Below, piece after piece: positions 36,494 to 45,616 of a DNA stretch of 64,000 nt. The first letter of the stretch is position 1, and every line of letters starts with the position of its first letter. Source of the stretch: a virus; the IMG/VR virus record IMGVR_UViG_3300029305_002311; one strand, 5' to 3'. The notes under the pieces are model-generated. The model was not told the DNA's origin. It did no database searches and was given only the letters and a program-made list of their open reading frames with translations. A program made the translations under genes and the position numbers.

Positions 36494-38542
36494 CTAGTCC
36501 TTCCAGCAAACTATTACTGTTCTGGCACCGATGTTTTGTGTTCCATCAGCTGTAGATTTAGCCATTGCTCTTAAGTCATATACTGAGCTTGATGTAGAGT
36601 ATACATATCTACCCTTGGAGTTTGAAAGGTTTCCGCTTATGCTTAAGTCTCCGCCAACACTTAGACTTCCTACACTAGCTGCTCCAGATACATTTAGTGC
36701 ATTTGCATAAACGCAACTCCAACGATTATTTGAGCTTCCTAGAGCATATGAATTAGTTTTTGAAGGTAGCACATCTCCACTAATTTGTCCACCAGCTTTA
36801 TCAAATTTATTTTGGTCTAGTACAAATCCTTGATGTGCAGATAGAGCTTGTTTATTATTATAAGTACTTGATTTTAAATCATTTACTAAAACTACTCTTC
36901 CATTTAAGTTATCGTAAATTAAATAATAATCACCGTCTTTATATTCAATGCTAGTTGTGCCGTCTTTAGTTATAGTGCATTTTAATGAGTCTGCTTTTCC
37001 AGCAGGTATAACACCGTTTATTAAATCCGTAGATTGTTTAAGTGATTTCTCTGCTTGAGCTCTTGCTACATAATCAGCATATCCAGTATTTTCTTGGTCT
37101 ACTTCTATCCATCTTCTATCTATAATTATTGATTCTACATCAGCATTTAAATCAGTGATTCCTGATTTTAAAACTATTATAGCTAATGGAATAAAGATAG
37201 TTTTTCCAAATGGAGCTGGGTAAGCTAAAAGTCCAGTTCCTTCTATGGCTTTATTGAAAGTATCGTATATTGTATCTCCGTATTGAAGTACTAATGATTG
37301 TTCATATATGTCCCAAAGTACTCTTTGAATAGTAAATTTTCCATTAGGAACGCTGTTTATAGTTCCAGCATTGAAAGTTAAAGCTTCTAGCTCATCTTGT
37401 ACATTCTGTAACTCCATTTCTAATGGGTTTGCGCAAGTAACTGGGTCTATATAGATGATGAATGCAGGTGATTTTCTAATAGCTAGTACTTGAGCTTCAG
37501 TAACTGAAGCTACTAAAATATTTCTAGCTATGAAGTCACTTACTAAAGTCATATTTGCTTGAAGTCCAGCTCTTCTTACTTCTTTTAAGTTATCATTTCC
37601 TAAAAGAGCATACAATTTTTCTACCTCCGCATATATGTCTTGTAATCTATTAGCGTATGCATTAGTAACTTGAAGTAAATCACTATTTTCTGCCCCGTTC
37701 ACTATCATATCATGAAGTTCATTAGCAGTTGCATTAGCATAGTTGTCTATTAAGTAGAATAAATTTCTAATACTATGAATATATTCTTCAGCTTTTATTT
37801 TGTCTTGTTTGCTCATATTATATGTCATGTATCTATCTGTTATTAAATTATAAGTCTTAGCTTGCGTATAGTCTATCTCATTAAAGTTATTTATATATCT
37901 TAGTGGAACTCTTTCTGATGCTAAATTATAGAATTGATAAATATCTGGTGATACTTTATCAGTAAAATCTATACCACTTCTTTTAGTAGTTCCGGAAGTT
38001 TGAGATAATTCTAAACCTCCTGGAGATTTTACATACATTCCTTCTACATCATAGAATTCATCTCCAGCATTATACATTGGAGTTCCAGCTCTTTGAGCCA
38101 TAATATACATATGATTCCAAGTAGAATCAGTGTTTATGCAGAATCTAGCCAACAGCACTTCATCTGCTTCTCCAAACATATACTCTGAAATTCTATAAGA
38201 TAAATCTTCTCTAATATATAAGAAGTTTAGTTTTCCGTTAGCATAGCTTAAAAAATCAATAGGAAACATGCTTAAGTTTACTATTTTATTAGTATCTCTG
38301 AAGTATAAATCAAAGTTATCAAATACTGTAGCTGAGTTTACTACTCCAGTAATCTCTACTGGCTTAAGAGGTCTTATAAGCATTCCGTCTACAGTTTCTC
38401 TACCATTATAAACTACTCCATTGCTAAGTATTGTTCCAACCATTGAATCTATGAAAGCTGAGCTATCTGAGTTTTGATTGAAATATTCTATCAAGTCTTT
38501 CATTATATTAGAGTCATTTAGTTGTTTCCAGTCTCTCATCAT
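36494..38542 (-). CDS. large tail fibre/structural protein
   Basis: 682 aa. The C-terminal LGSSNNRWSCVYANALNVSGAASVGSLSVGGDLSISG is typical of fibre shafts. The position supports a tail accessory role. Confidence 0.5.
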   Translation of the reverse strand: MMRDWKQLNDSNIMKDLIEYFNQNSDSSAFIDSMVGTILSNGVVYNGRETVDGMLIRPLKPVEITGVVNSATVFDNFDLYFRDTNKIVNLSMFPIDFLSYANGKLNFLYIREDLSYRISEYMFGEADEVLLARFCINTDSTWNHMYIMAQRAGTPMYNAGDEFYDVEGMYVKSPGGLELSQTSGTTKRSGIDFTDKVSPDIYQFYNLASERVPLRYINNFNEIDYTQAKTYNLITDRYMTYNMSKQDKIKAEEYIHSIRNLFYLIDNYANATANELHDMIVNGAENSDLLQVTNAYANRLQDIYAEVEKLYALLGNDNLKEVRRAGLQANMTLVSDFIARNILVASVTEAQVLAIRKSPAFIIYIDPVTCANPLEMELQNVQDELEALTFNAGTINSVPNGKFTIQRVLWDIYEQSLVLQYGDTIYDTFNKAIEGTGLLAYPAPFGKTIFIPLAIIVLKSGITDLNADVESIIIDRRWIEVDQENTGYADYVARAQAEKSLKQSTDLINGVIPAGKADSLKCTITKDGTTSIEYKDGDYYLIYDNLNGRVVLVNDLKSSTYNNKQALSAHQGFVLDQNKFDKAGGQISGDVLPSKTNSYALGSSNNRWSCVYANALNVSGAASVGSLSVGGDLSISGNLSNSKGRYVYSTSSSVYDLRAMAKSTADGTQNIGARTVIVCWKD

Positions 38543-38551
38543 TTTCCTCCT

Positions 38552-38824
38552 TTATTCAAAGTATTTATCGATTTGTCCTAAAGCATATTTGTTGTTTAAT
38601 ATTTTATTCCATTCAGAGTCACTCTGATGTTTGATTAAAATGTAACTATTCTTAAGAGTGATTACTAAGTTCTTATTGTATATTTGTAGACTATTATCAG
38701 TTTCGTCTAAATCATTTTCTCTACAATAATTTCTATCTATTAAGTATTTTTTTATGCCACTTAGCTTAAAGTATGGAATTTCACTTTCTTCTAGTATTTT
38801 CTTAATATTTTCATATAAAGTCAT
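38552..38824 (-). CDS. hypothetical protein (start revised)
   Basis: The ATG at 38824 (MTLYENIKK...) lies 5 nt after GGAGG. The track TTG start at 38872 falls inside box copy D. Confidence 0.5.
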   Translation of the reverse strand: MTLYENIKKILEESEIPYFKLSGIKKYLIDRNYCRENDLDETDNSLQIYNKNLVITLKNSYILIKHQSDSEWNKILNNKYALGQIDKYFE

Positions 38825-38841
38825 TATTTCCTCCATTAGTT

Positions 38842-38905
38842 TATATAAGTTAAATCTGAAAATGTCTCTCAAGTCATTCTAGTGCTTCATATTTTCCTTA
38901 GCGCT
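38842..38905 (-). promoter_or_regulatory. conserved intergenic box + TATATA element, copy D
   Basis: Minus strand reads AGCGCTAAGGAAAATATGAAGCACTAGAATGACTTGAGAGACATTTTCAG-N8-TATATAA. AGCGCT is on the upstream side here. Confidence 0.55.
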
Positions 38906-38906
38906 A

Positions 38907-39467
38907 TTAAAAATCTAATAAAATATAAAGTTCTTCTAATTGGTCGTCTGCTCTAGTAATTGCATTTCTGTTGTCTACTACTTCTAAAGTTCCTCTATCT
39001 TCTAATGGTTTATTTAGCCATTCATCTCTAGTAATTCCATATTTTATTTCTTCGGGAGTAGCTTTAACCCCTACATATAATCCAAGTTGTCTGTAGGTCA
39101 CTCCTACTGGAATTGCTTCTATAGTATCTCTATCTAAATTTACTCTACACATTATAGAAGTATACCCTTCATTAAGTGCTATAGTAGTATCATTAGTTAC
39201 TGAGTAATAAAGTCCTTTATAATATACTCCAGTTTTCTTTTGAAGTGTTGTTGGATTAGGAATTACTTTAGCATATTGATATGATGCAATTCTTTGAAGT
39301 CCTATAAGCTCTTCTACTTCTGTCATCTTCTCATCTGGTATAGGTGGAGTTCCTTCATCTGACCAAGGAGAAGTTCTTCCTATAGCTATAAATCTATAAG
39401 CTAAGTCAGTGTCCATCCAGTCCATCATTCTTCTTTGTCTTGATTTTAATGTAACTATTCCAGGCAT
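38907..39467 (-). CDS. hypothetical tail-associated protein
   Basis: 186-aa ORF directly downstream of a fibre gene. Confidence 0.55.
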   Translation of the reverse strand: MPGIVTLKSRQRRMMDWMDTDLAYRFIAIGRTSPWSDEGTPPIPDEKMTEVEELIGLQRIASYQYAKVIPNPTTLQKKTGVYYKGLYYSVTNDTTIALNEGYTSIMCRVNLDRDTIEAIPVGVTYRQLGLYVGVKATPEEIKYGITRDEWLNKPLEDRGTLEVVDNRNAITRADDQLEELYILLDF

Positions 39468-39484
39468 CTATCTCTCTCCTTTCA

Positions 39485-40486
39485 TTATAAATCATTTATA
39501 TAATAGACAGTATTTTCATCTTTTACAGTAAGTGCTTCATATTCAGCTTTAGTAAGTGATACAAATCCAGATACTGCAGATGCTGCAGCTATAGCTTCTG
39601 CTTTAGCCGCATCTATAGCTTCTTGTTGAGCAGTAGATACAGGTTTGTCCATATCAGAAGTATTATCTACATTCCCTAAACCTACTTGTTGTTTTGATAC
39701 TTGATGAGGATTACTTAAATCATCAGTGTGTTCATCTACTTTTTCATCTGCTGCTTTCACTATATCTTCTAAATTCTTTAATAATAGTTGTAAATCAGCT
39801 TGTTCTGTGATATTTCCTTCTATTTGTCCCCAGTTTACTATACCTGCAGAAGATACTGGGTACCAATTTTGCCCATCCATAGTAAACTCTAAAGCTGTTC
39901 CATTTACTGTTCTAATTTCTAAAACTTGTTCTGAAGTTATCTTCTTAGCTAATAAAGCTTCTGCTCCAGAAAGTCTTACTAGTATTCCTGAGTTTCCATT
40001 TACTTGATTATCTAAAGCTCTAAAATCATTCTCTAAGTCTCCAACTGAAGTATTAAGTAAAAGAATATCAGCTGAGTTAGTTCCTACTTGAGAAGCTAAA
40101 GCATTAAATTGTTCAGTTCCAATTTTATCATTTAATATTGCATTTAAATCTTCTTGGTCTGCTATATTACCAACTATTTTACCCCAGCTAGCTTGTAATG
40201 GTTTCCAAGTTTTTCCGTCTGTAGTATAGCTAACTACTTCATTTTCTTCTTTAATTTCTTTTATTTGATTTGAGATTACTCTTTTTAATAAAGCTTGAGC
40301 TATTGCTAAAAACTCTGCATCTACTGCATGTAAGTCTGCATTAAGAGCATCTGTCATCTTTTGACCAGACATACCTATATATAAGTAAGTGAAGTTCATT
40401 CCGTAGTCTTTATCAACTCCAATGTCTTCACCATTTATTTCATCTAAAGTGTCTGATATTTTCAATAAATCGATAGGGTCAGCCAT
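39485..40486 (-). CDS. tail fibre protein
   Basis: 333 aa. SNPHQVSKQQVGLGNVDNTSDMDKPVSTAQQEAID is a widely conserved fibre motif. Duplicated WG.I.GNI..Q.DL segments. Confidence 0.65.
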   Translation of the reverse strand: MADPIDLLKISDTLDEINGEDIGVDKDYGMNFTYLYIGMSGQKMTDALNADLHAVDAEFLAIAQALLKRVISNQIKEIKEENEVVSYTTDGKTWKPLQASWGKIVGNIADQEDLNAILNDKIGTEQFNALASQVGTNSADILLLNTSVGDLENDFRALDNQVNGNSGILVRLSGAEALLAKKITSEQVLEIRTVNGTALEFTMDGQNWYPVSSAGIVNWGQIEGNITEQADLQLLLKNLEDIVKAADEKVDEHTDDLSNPHQVSKQQVGLGNVDNTSDMDKPVSTAQQEAIDAAKAEAIAAASAVSGFVSLTKAEYEALTVKDENTVYYINDL

Positions 40487-40537
40487 TTTTGTCCTCCTTC
40501 CATCTCTCTTATTAGTATATATAATTTATAGTCTCTT

Positions 40538-41434
40538 TTAGCCGTATAGTACGTGGTCTTCTCTAATGATTGGAGCTTCTTCAATAAATCCTCTATAATT
40601 ATCTAAACCTGGTTCATTAAGTATAAATCCATTATTCCAAGCTGCTTTATAATATTTAAGCAACTGCATTGAAGCTATCATGTTTCCTCTTTTTACTCCA
40701 TGTGATAATTGATGGTCTATTAATGATGATAGCGGAGTGTCTAAGAATTTCCAACCAAAATATTTTATCATTGAGCTATAGCCTTGAGTTATATAAGTCA
40801 CCCAGCAATGTATATGATAACCCCAGTCTTGATACATCATTAAATGATAAGCTCCCATAAATATATAGTAAGCAAATGTTAATCTTGTTCCTGCTAACTT
40901 TGTATCATATATTGAGTCTCTTAATATAGTAGAAAGCTCTGGTATTCTTATTTTTATATCACCAGGAAACATATTAGGTTCAAAAGTATCTACTCCTCCA
41001 GAACCATATTCTATAATCTCTACTCCTCTTAAATCTGAACTAGAGTAAAAGCTCGTTACATCTTGTCCGAAAACTCTTATTAAGTTTGCTAATCCAAAGT
41101 TAGTTCCTCTCCATCTTCTAATTAGACAGAAAAGTTTTATAGCTTCTCTTTGTTGGTCTGGAGTAAGAGCTTCATTCCATCTATAGCCTATTAAACTAGA
41201 TAAAGCTCTTAGATTTTCTCCAGGAACTTTATCTACATCTATTTGCCAAGGCATCTTCTTAGCTCTCATATGTAAATCTCCAAAGATATAACAAATTAAA
41301 GTGACTATAATATCTAAATCCCCAGCTGTAACTACTTTTGATAGAGTTCCTTTTAAATATTCATATAACTCTTGTCTAAACTGAGGGTAAAGTCTATTTT
41401 CTTTTTCTTCTATGATAATCACCATCCTTTTCAT
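40538..41434 (-). CDS. baseplate wedge protein, P2 gpI-like
   Basis: 298 aa. WQIDVDKVPGENLRALSSLIGYRWNEALTPDQQREAIKLFCLIRRWRGTNFGLANLIRVFG matches the Tail_P2_I pattern (W...cp...L..LA...g..W........R..i......r.kGT..gl). Follows the gpJ-like gene. Confidence 0.6.
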   Translation of the reverse strand: MKRMVIIIEEKENRLYPQFRQELYEYLKGTLSKVVTAGDLDIIVTLICYIFGDLHMRAKKMPWQIDVDKVPGENLRALSSLIGYRWNEALTPDQQREAIKLFCLIRRWRGTNFGLANLIRVFGQDVTSFYSSSDLRGVEIIEYGSGGVDTFEPNMFPGDIKIRIPELSTILRDSIYDTKLAGTRLTFAYYIFMGAYHLMMYQDWGYHIHCWVTYITQGYSSMIKYFGWKFLDTPLSSLIDHQLSHGVKRGNMIASMQLLKYYKAAWNNGFILNEPGLDNYRGFIEEAPIIREDHVLYG

Positions 41435-41442
41435 AAATCAGT

Positions 41443-41505
41443 GGCATCAGGTTGACTTCTGTGACTTTTTCTGATAGTATCTATATAATTATATAGCATC
41501 GCGCT
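41443..41505 (+). promoter_or_regulatory. conserved intergenic box + TATATA element, copy E (inverted relative to the genes, diverged)
   Basis: PLUS strand reads GGCATCAGGTTGACTTCTGTGACTTTTTCTG-N8-TATATAATTATATAGCATCGCGCT. Its end overlaps the stop of 41505..43475. Confidence 0.45.
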
Positions 41506-43475
41506 TAGTCTTTATTTTGATAGTCGTGTACATTTACTACAATTTTATTTACTAGAATGTTTCCTTCCATTGCATCAGGAACTACATCTATAAATCCTCT
41601 TGGTAGAACTTCTATTTTCTCTTCTGGGTCTCTTACTTCACAGTATCTTATATAATCGAAGTTAGCTAGTATTTCATGTCCAATTACTGATGCGAATAGA
41701 GGTTCTCCTATTTTCATGTGCTCTCTTGAAAATCTTTCTAATATAAAAGTCTTAATAGCATCTGATGTTATATTAAATCTAATATCATTTTTGTTCATGT
41801 AAACATCTACTACTATAGTTGGAGTTACTATTTCTAAATCATGATAAGTAACTTTTAATGAAGTAAGTCTTCTTTCATCTACATACTCTCTAAGTTGTTG
41901 CCCAGTTTCTGTTAGTACTTGCTCTGTAATATAAAATACATCTACATATTGATTATCAGCTAGTTGCTCTCTCCATCCAATAGATAAATTTATGTTAAAT
42001 GAAGTTCCGTCTTGAGTTATAGTGTATTTTATTGGAGTTGAATCATTTAATAAATAATTGTCTGACTCTATTCCAGTATTCATATTTATTCCTACTGCTA
42101 TATTATCTACAGTGTAAAGTGTAGCTGCATTTGAAAGAACTATAGCATTTCCTGATATAGCATCTTTTGAAAATTCATCCATTGCATCTGCCACTTTAGA
42201 CATATCTTCTACTGTCCAGTCTTGTTTATCTTTTATTATAGTATTTCTGTATTTTACATTAGTAGCATCATAATTTTTAGTATCTGCATTAGGTAATACA
42301 TATAAGTTTACTTTATAATAATCGTCTGGTTGAACTAGTCCAGAAGATTTATCATTATAATCTAAAGCTTGAACTTCTGATATTCCAGGAATAGCCATAG
42401 ACACTTCTTCAAAGTCTTTTATTGTGACTATAGTATTCATTGTTCTAGCCCACATTGGGATGCTATCTCTCATTTCATCTACTGTCTCTGGATTATAGCC
42501 ATCTAAAGATGCAGTGTTTGAAATTACAGTCATATAATTTCTATATTCTGAGTTCATTTGTTCTATTCTAGAAAGTATGTTCTTTCCTATTCTTCCATCT
42601 GCTCCAGTAGATAATAAGTATCTTACTGTGATAGTAGACCCTCTATTAATTACATCTGGCCAATATGCTGGAAGTTGTAAATATAAGAAAGCTTCTTCTG
42701 ACATATGAACTGAAAATCCAAGTTCACCAGAAATAAATCTTACATCCTCTACTCTTTGATATTCTTGTCCATCTATATAAACTTTTAGTGTGTTTATACC
42801 AATGTTATAGTCTGGAAGTACTATCTTACCAGTAGCAGATATATTATCTATAGTGTATTGTTTAGTTGACATTACACCTTCATAAGCTGTAACTTTGGCT
42901 TTGTTTCCATACATTTTATATTCATCTAATGTAGTATAAACTATTTCATTAGTTGAATCAGTGAAAGTAGTATATGCAGGTATAGAAGTTCCGTCTGGAA
43001 CTGTTCTAGTTTCTACATTCCCTAAAGTAATTTCTGTATGAGCTGATAAGTAATGTCTTGGTTCATACCCTACTAATTTAGCTAAAGATATAGCTGAACT
43101 TCTTTCTAAACATGTATCAAGATAAAGTTCTGATGCAACTTTATCTACTTGAAAGTTATTCATATCTGCTAAATAAGACATTAACTTTAAGAAAACTGTA
43201 CCAATATCAGAATCTGAGAAATCTGTCCATCTTCCTTGAGATAATTGCTCTGCTTGAAGTTTTAAATATTCAAATATTGAGTAAGCGTCTTTTCTATTAT
43301 AAGGAAGAGTTAATTTATCAGCATCTGAAGGTTCTTCCATTACATTAGTATATTCAAGTTTTAGTTCTTGAACTATTTCTCTCATCTCAGTATTTCCAGT
43401 AGCTATAGCATAGGTCTCTAAGTAGTTTAATATTGAGTTAATATCACTAAAGTCTTGAGGTACTGTAGTTGCCAT
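41505..43475 (-). CDS. baseplate protein J-like (T4 gp6 / P2 gpJ family)
   Basis: 656 aa. GRWTDFSDSDIGTVFLKLMSYLADMNNFQVDKVASELYLDTCLERSSAISLAKLVGYEP is the Baseplate_J N-terminal pattern. Immediately follows the gp25-like gene. Confidence 0.75.
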   Translation of the reverse strand: MATTVPQDFSDINSILNYLETYAIATGNTEMREIVQELKLEYTNVMEEPSDADKLTLPYNRKDAYSIFEYLKLQAEQLSQGRWTDFSDSDIGTVFLKLMSYLADMNNFQVDKVASELYLDTCLERSSAISLAKLVGYEPRHYLSAHTEITLGNVETRTVPDGTSIPAYTTFTDSTNEIVYTTLDEYKMYGNKAKVTAYEGVMSTKQYTIDNISATGKIVLPDYNIGINTLKVYIDGQEYQRVEDVRFISGELGFSVHMSEEAFLYLQLPAYWPDVINRGSTITVRYLLSTGADGRIGKNILSRIEQMNSEYRNYMTVISNTASLDGYNPETVDEMRDSIPMWARTMNTIVTIKDFEEVSMAIPGISEVQALDYNDKSSGLVQPDDYYKVNLYVLPNADTKNYDATNVKYRNTIIKDKQDWTVEDMSKVADAMDEFSKDAISGNAIVLSNAATLYTVDNIAVGINMNTGIESDNYLLNDSTPIKYTITQDGTSFNINLSIGWREQLADNQYVDVFYITEQVLTETGQQLREYVDERRLTSLKVTYHDLEIVTPTIVVDVYMNKNDIRFNITSDAIKTFILERFSREHMKIGEPLFASVIGHEILANFDYIRYCEVRDPEEKIEVLPRGFIDVVPDAMEGNILVNKIVVNVHDYQNKD

Positions 43476-43481
43476 TTATTA

Positions 43482-43853
43482 TCACCATCCTCTTATAAAT
43501 TCTAATACTACCGTGTCTCCAACGTTAGTATTTACTATATTGTAAGTTATATTTAAAAGTATTGTTTTTTCTCTAAAAGTAACGTCTACTGCTCTAACAG
43601 TAAAGTTAGTATAATAATTTGAAATAGCACTAGCTACTTCTTGTCTAATCATAGATGCAGTAGCTTCATTTGCAGGTTCATATAAATATCTATATAAATT
43701 ACTTCCAAACTCTGGGTCTCCTACTAGAGTTCCCTTAGTAGTTTCTAAAAGTACTTTTATATCATCATGAAATTTCTTATTAGATGTAATAGTAGATAAT
43801 CCACCTCTTACATTTATTAAGTGTTGTGAATCCATTCCTGAAAGTCCTATCAT
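43482..43853 (-). CDS. baseplate wedge protein, gp25/GPW-like
   Basis: 123 aa. TKGTLVGDPEFGSNLYRYLYEPANEATASMIRQEVASAI is the GPW_gp25 signature. Confidence 0.75.
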   Translation of the reverse strand: MIGLSGMDSQHLINVRGGLSTITSNKKFHDDIKVLLETTKGTLVGDPEFGSNLYRYLYEPANEATASMIRQEVASAISNYYTNFTVRAVDVTFREKTILLNITYNIVNTNVGDTVVLEFIRGW

Positions 43854-44236
43854 TTCATCATCACTCCTCCTGTACCGAATAGTGAGGCTGCTGACGGAAT
43901 TACTATTGTAGCTCCTTGTTCAAAGTCTAGAAAATCTGAATAACCATTTGCAGCTAATATTACCCAAGCTAATCTAGGGTCTCCATATTGATTATAAGCT
44001 ATTAAATCTGGTCTTTGATGCTCAGCTGATGTTATTGTATGAAGTAAATCAGAAGAATCTCTTAATGGAATCATATCTAGAGGTCTCATATTTCTAATTA
44101 CTAAATCATCTGTTTCTTTAAGTCTTAACTGGTCTTTCAAGTCATATCTACTTCTCCAAGTAGATTTTTGAGGAGTTATTATTTGCTTAACTTTGTCTTC
44201 TGAGTACCAGTCTCTTTTTGAATATACTATTGCCAT
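43850..44236 (-). CDS. LysM-like tail protein X (P2 gpX-like), start revised
   Basis: HTITSAEHQRPDLIAYNQYGDPRLAWVILAANGYSDFLDFEQGATIVIP fits the Phage_tail_X/LysM-like pattern. ATG at 44236 lies 7 nt after GGAGG. Confidence 0.55.
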   Translation of the reverse strand: MAIVYSKRDWYSEDKVKQIITPQKSTWRSRYDLKDQLRLKETDDLVIRNMRPLDMIPLRDSSDLLHTITSAEHQRPDLIAYNQYGDPRLAWVILAANGYSDFLDFEQGATIVIPSAASLFGTGGVMMK

Positions 44237-44273
44237 TGCTCTACCTCCTATTCTAATATATAATTCTATGGTA

Positions 44274-45599
44274 TTAACCAATAGCTTTTACAGTTAAAAA
44301 TGTAGCATTATTTCCATCATATGTAGTAAATGAATCAGTTGCTGCACCAGTGTAATGTCCCATTTTTATTCTATAACCTTCAGCAACTGGTACTATAAAA
44401 TTAGAAATATGATAAGTTTTTTTCTTGCTTGGGTCTCTTACTACAAACTCTTTATAAAAAGTACCATCATTCTTATAAATTACTATAGCTATATCTCCAT
44501 CATAATCATAAGAATCAGAAGTTAGTGATAATGTAGCACATATTTCTACCATATTAACTCCAGGTCCTATATCTACATAATTATCTGAAGCCAATGTTAT
44601 TTTATCTCCTACTTGATAATGTGAAGTATAAATTACTGAAGGTTGTGCCCATTTAGTACCAGGCGTTGTTTGATTTTGAGAGTAACATGTTATACAATTT
44701 GTTTCATTAGGTCTTTTATACCATGCTTTCCATCCTTCTGAAGATATAGCATTATATTGTCTCATCCATATTTCATTATCTCTATATCTATAAGCTATTT
44801 GAGTAATAACGAAAGTTCCATCATTAAATGTTCTTTTCATTACTTGTAAAAACCAGGCACTTGTGTATGGAGCATTGTCTGTAGTACCAGTACAATAATA
44901 AATTCCAGTAGGTAAGCTGGTATCATTGCAATTAGAAATTTCAGTTATATTAGTCATTGCAAATTGGTCTACCGTAAGAGTACCATCTACTTTAAAGTCC
45001 TCTGTATGCCCTCCTAAAGTCACTGCATTCTTTGCTTTTATCAACCAATGATATAATTTTGTAGGCTGTACTATAGAGTGAGGTTGGTTTCCACCACCGC
45101 TCAATAATACACCATTGTAGTTATTAGAGGAAGTTTTTTCAGACACAGTATTACCAGTATAAGAATTTGAGTATCTTTGCTGTATACCATAAGAACCAGT
45201 ACCTTCTCCTCCAGTAGATGTCGTAACATCAACAGCGTGACTATGCTCTGGTAATTCATCTATAGTTAATTGATGAGTAGGACTACCAACTTGGTCTCCA
45301 AAATTTCCAGCTAAAGGATTAGAAGAATCTAACCCTTCATAATAACCAGCAGCAGATGCCCCTCTCATATCAGGTAATCTAAAATAGCCTTCTAAAACAT
45401 CATCTCCACCAATATAACCTATTACATTAAATAATTCTTGATAATCTGAAATTTTGACTTCACTACCATCACATACTAAATACCCGGCTGGTATAGTTTG
45501 TGATGGATAGTATATCATACTCCCTATTGGAGTTTGTTCTATCCCATAATTTTTAAATTTAATTGTTTGCCATTGACCATTACTATCTTTATATTTCAT
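44274..45599 (-). CDS. tail fibre protein with phage tail-collar domain
   Basis: 441 aa. PIGSMIYYPSQTIPAGYLVCDGSEVKISDYQELFNVIGY...FRLPDMRGASAAG is the collar-domain signature. One HSH motif. Confidence 0.7.
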   Translation of the reverse strand: MKYKDSNGQWQTIKFKNYGIEQTPIGSMIYYPSQTIPAGYLVCDGSEVKISDYQELFNVIGYIGGDDVLEGYFRLPDMRGASAAGYYEGLDSSNPLAGNFGDQVGSPTHQLTIDELPEHSHAVDVTTSTGGEGTGSYGIQQRYSNSYTGNTVSEKTSSNNYNGVLLSGGGNQPHSIVQPTKLYHWLIKAKNAVTLGGHTEDFKVDGTLTVDQFAMTNITEISNCNDTSLPTGIYYCTGTTDNAPYTSAWFLQVMKRTFNDGTFVITQIAYRYRDNEIWMRQYNAISSEGWKAWYKRPNETNCITCYSQNQTTPGTKWAQPSVIYTSHYQVGDKITLASDNYVDIGPGVNMVEICATLSLTSDSYDYDGDIAIVIYKNDGTFYKEFVVRDPSKKKTYHISNFIVPVAEGYRIKMGHYTGAATDSFTTYDGNNATFLTVKAIG

Positions 45600-45616
45600 T
45601 AAACATTCCTCCTAAA

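Noticed and set aside
31495-41505. Inverted box copies C and E as recombination sites of an invertible (Gin/Cin-like) tail-fibre segment
   Set aside because: No invertase or recombinase gene is visible in the window. All genes between and around the copies are co-oriented and intact. Copies in both orientations do not bracket alternative fibre C-termini.
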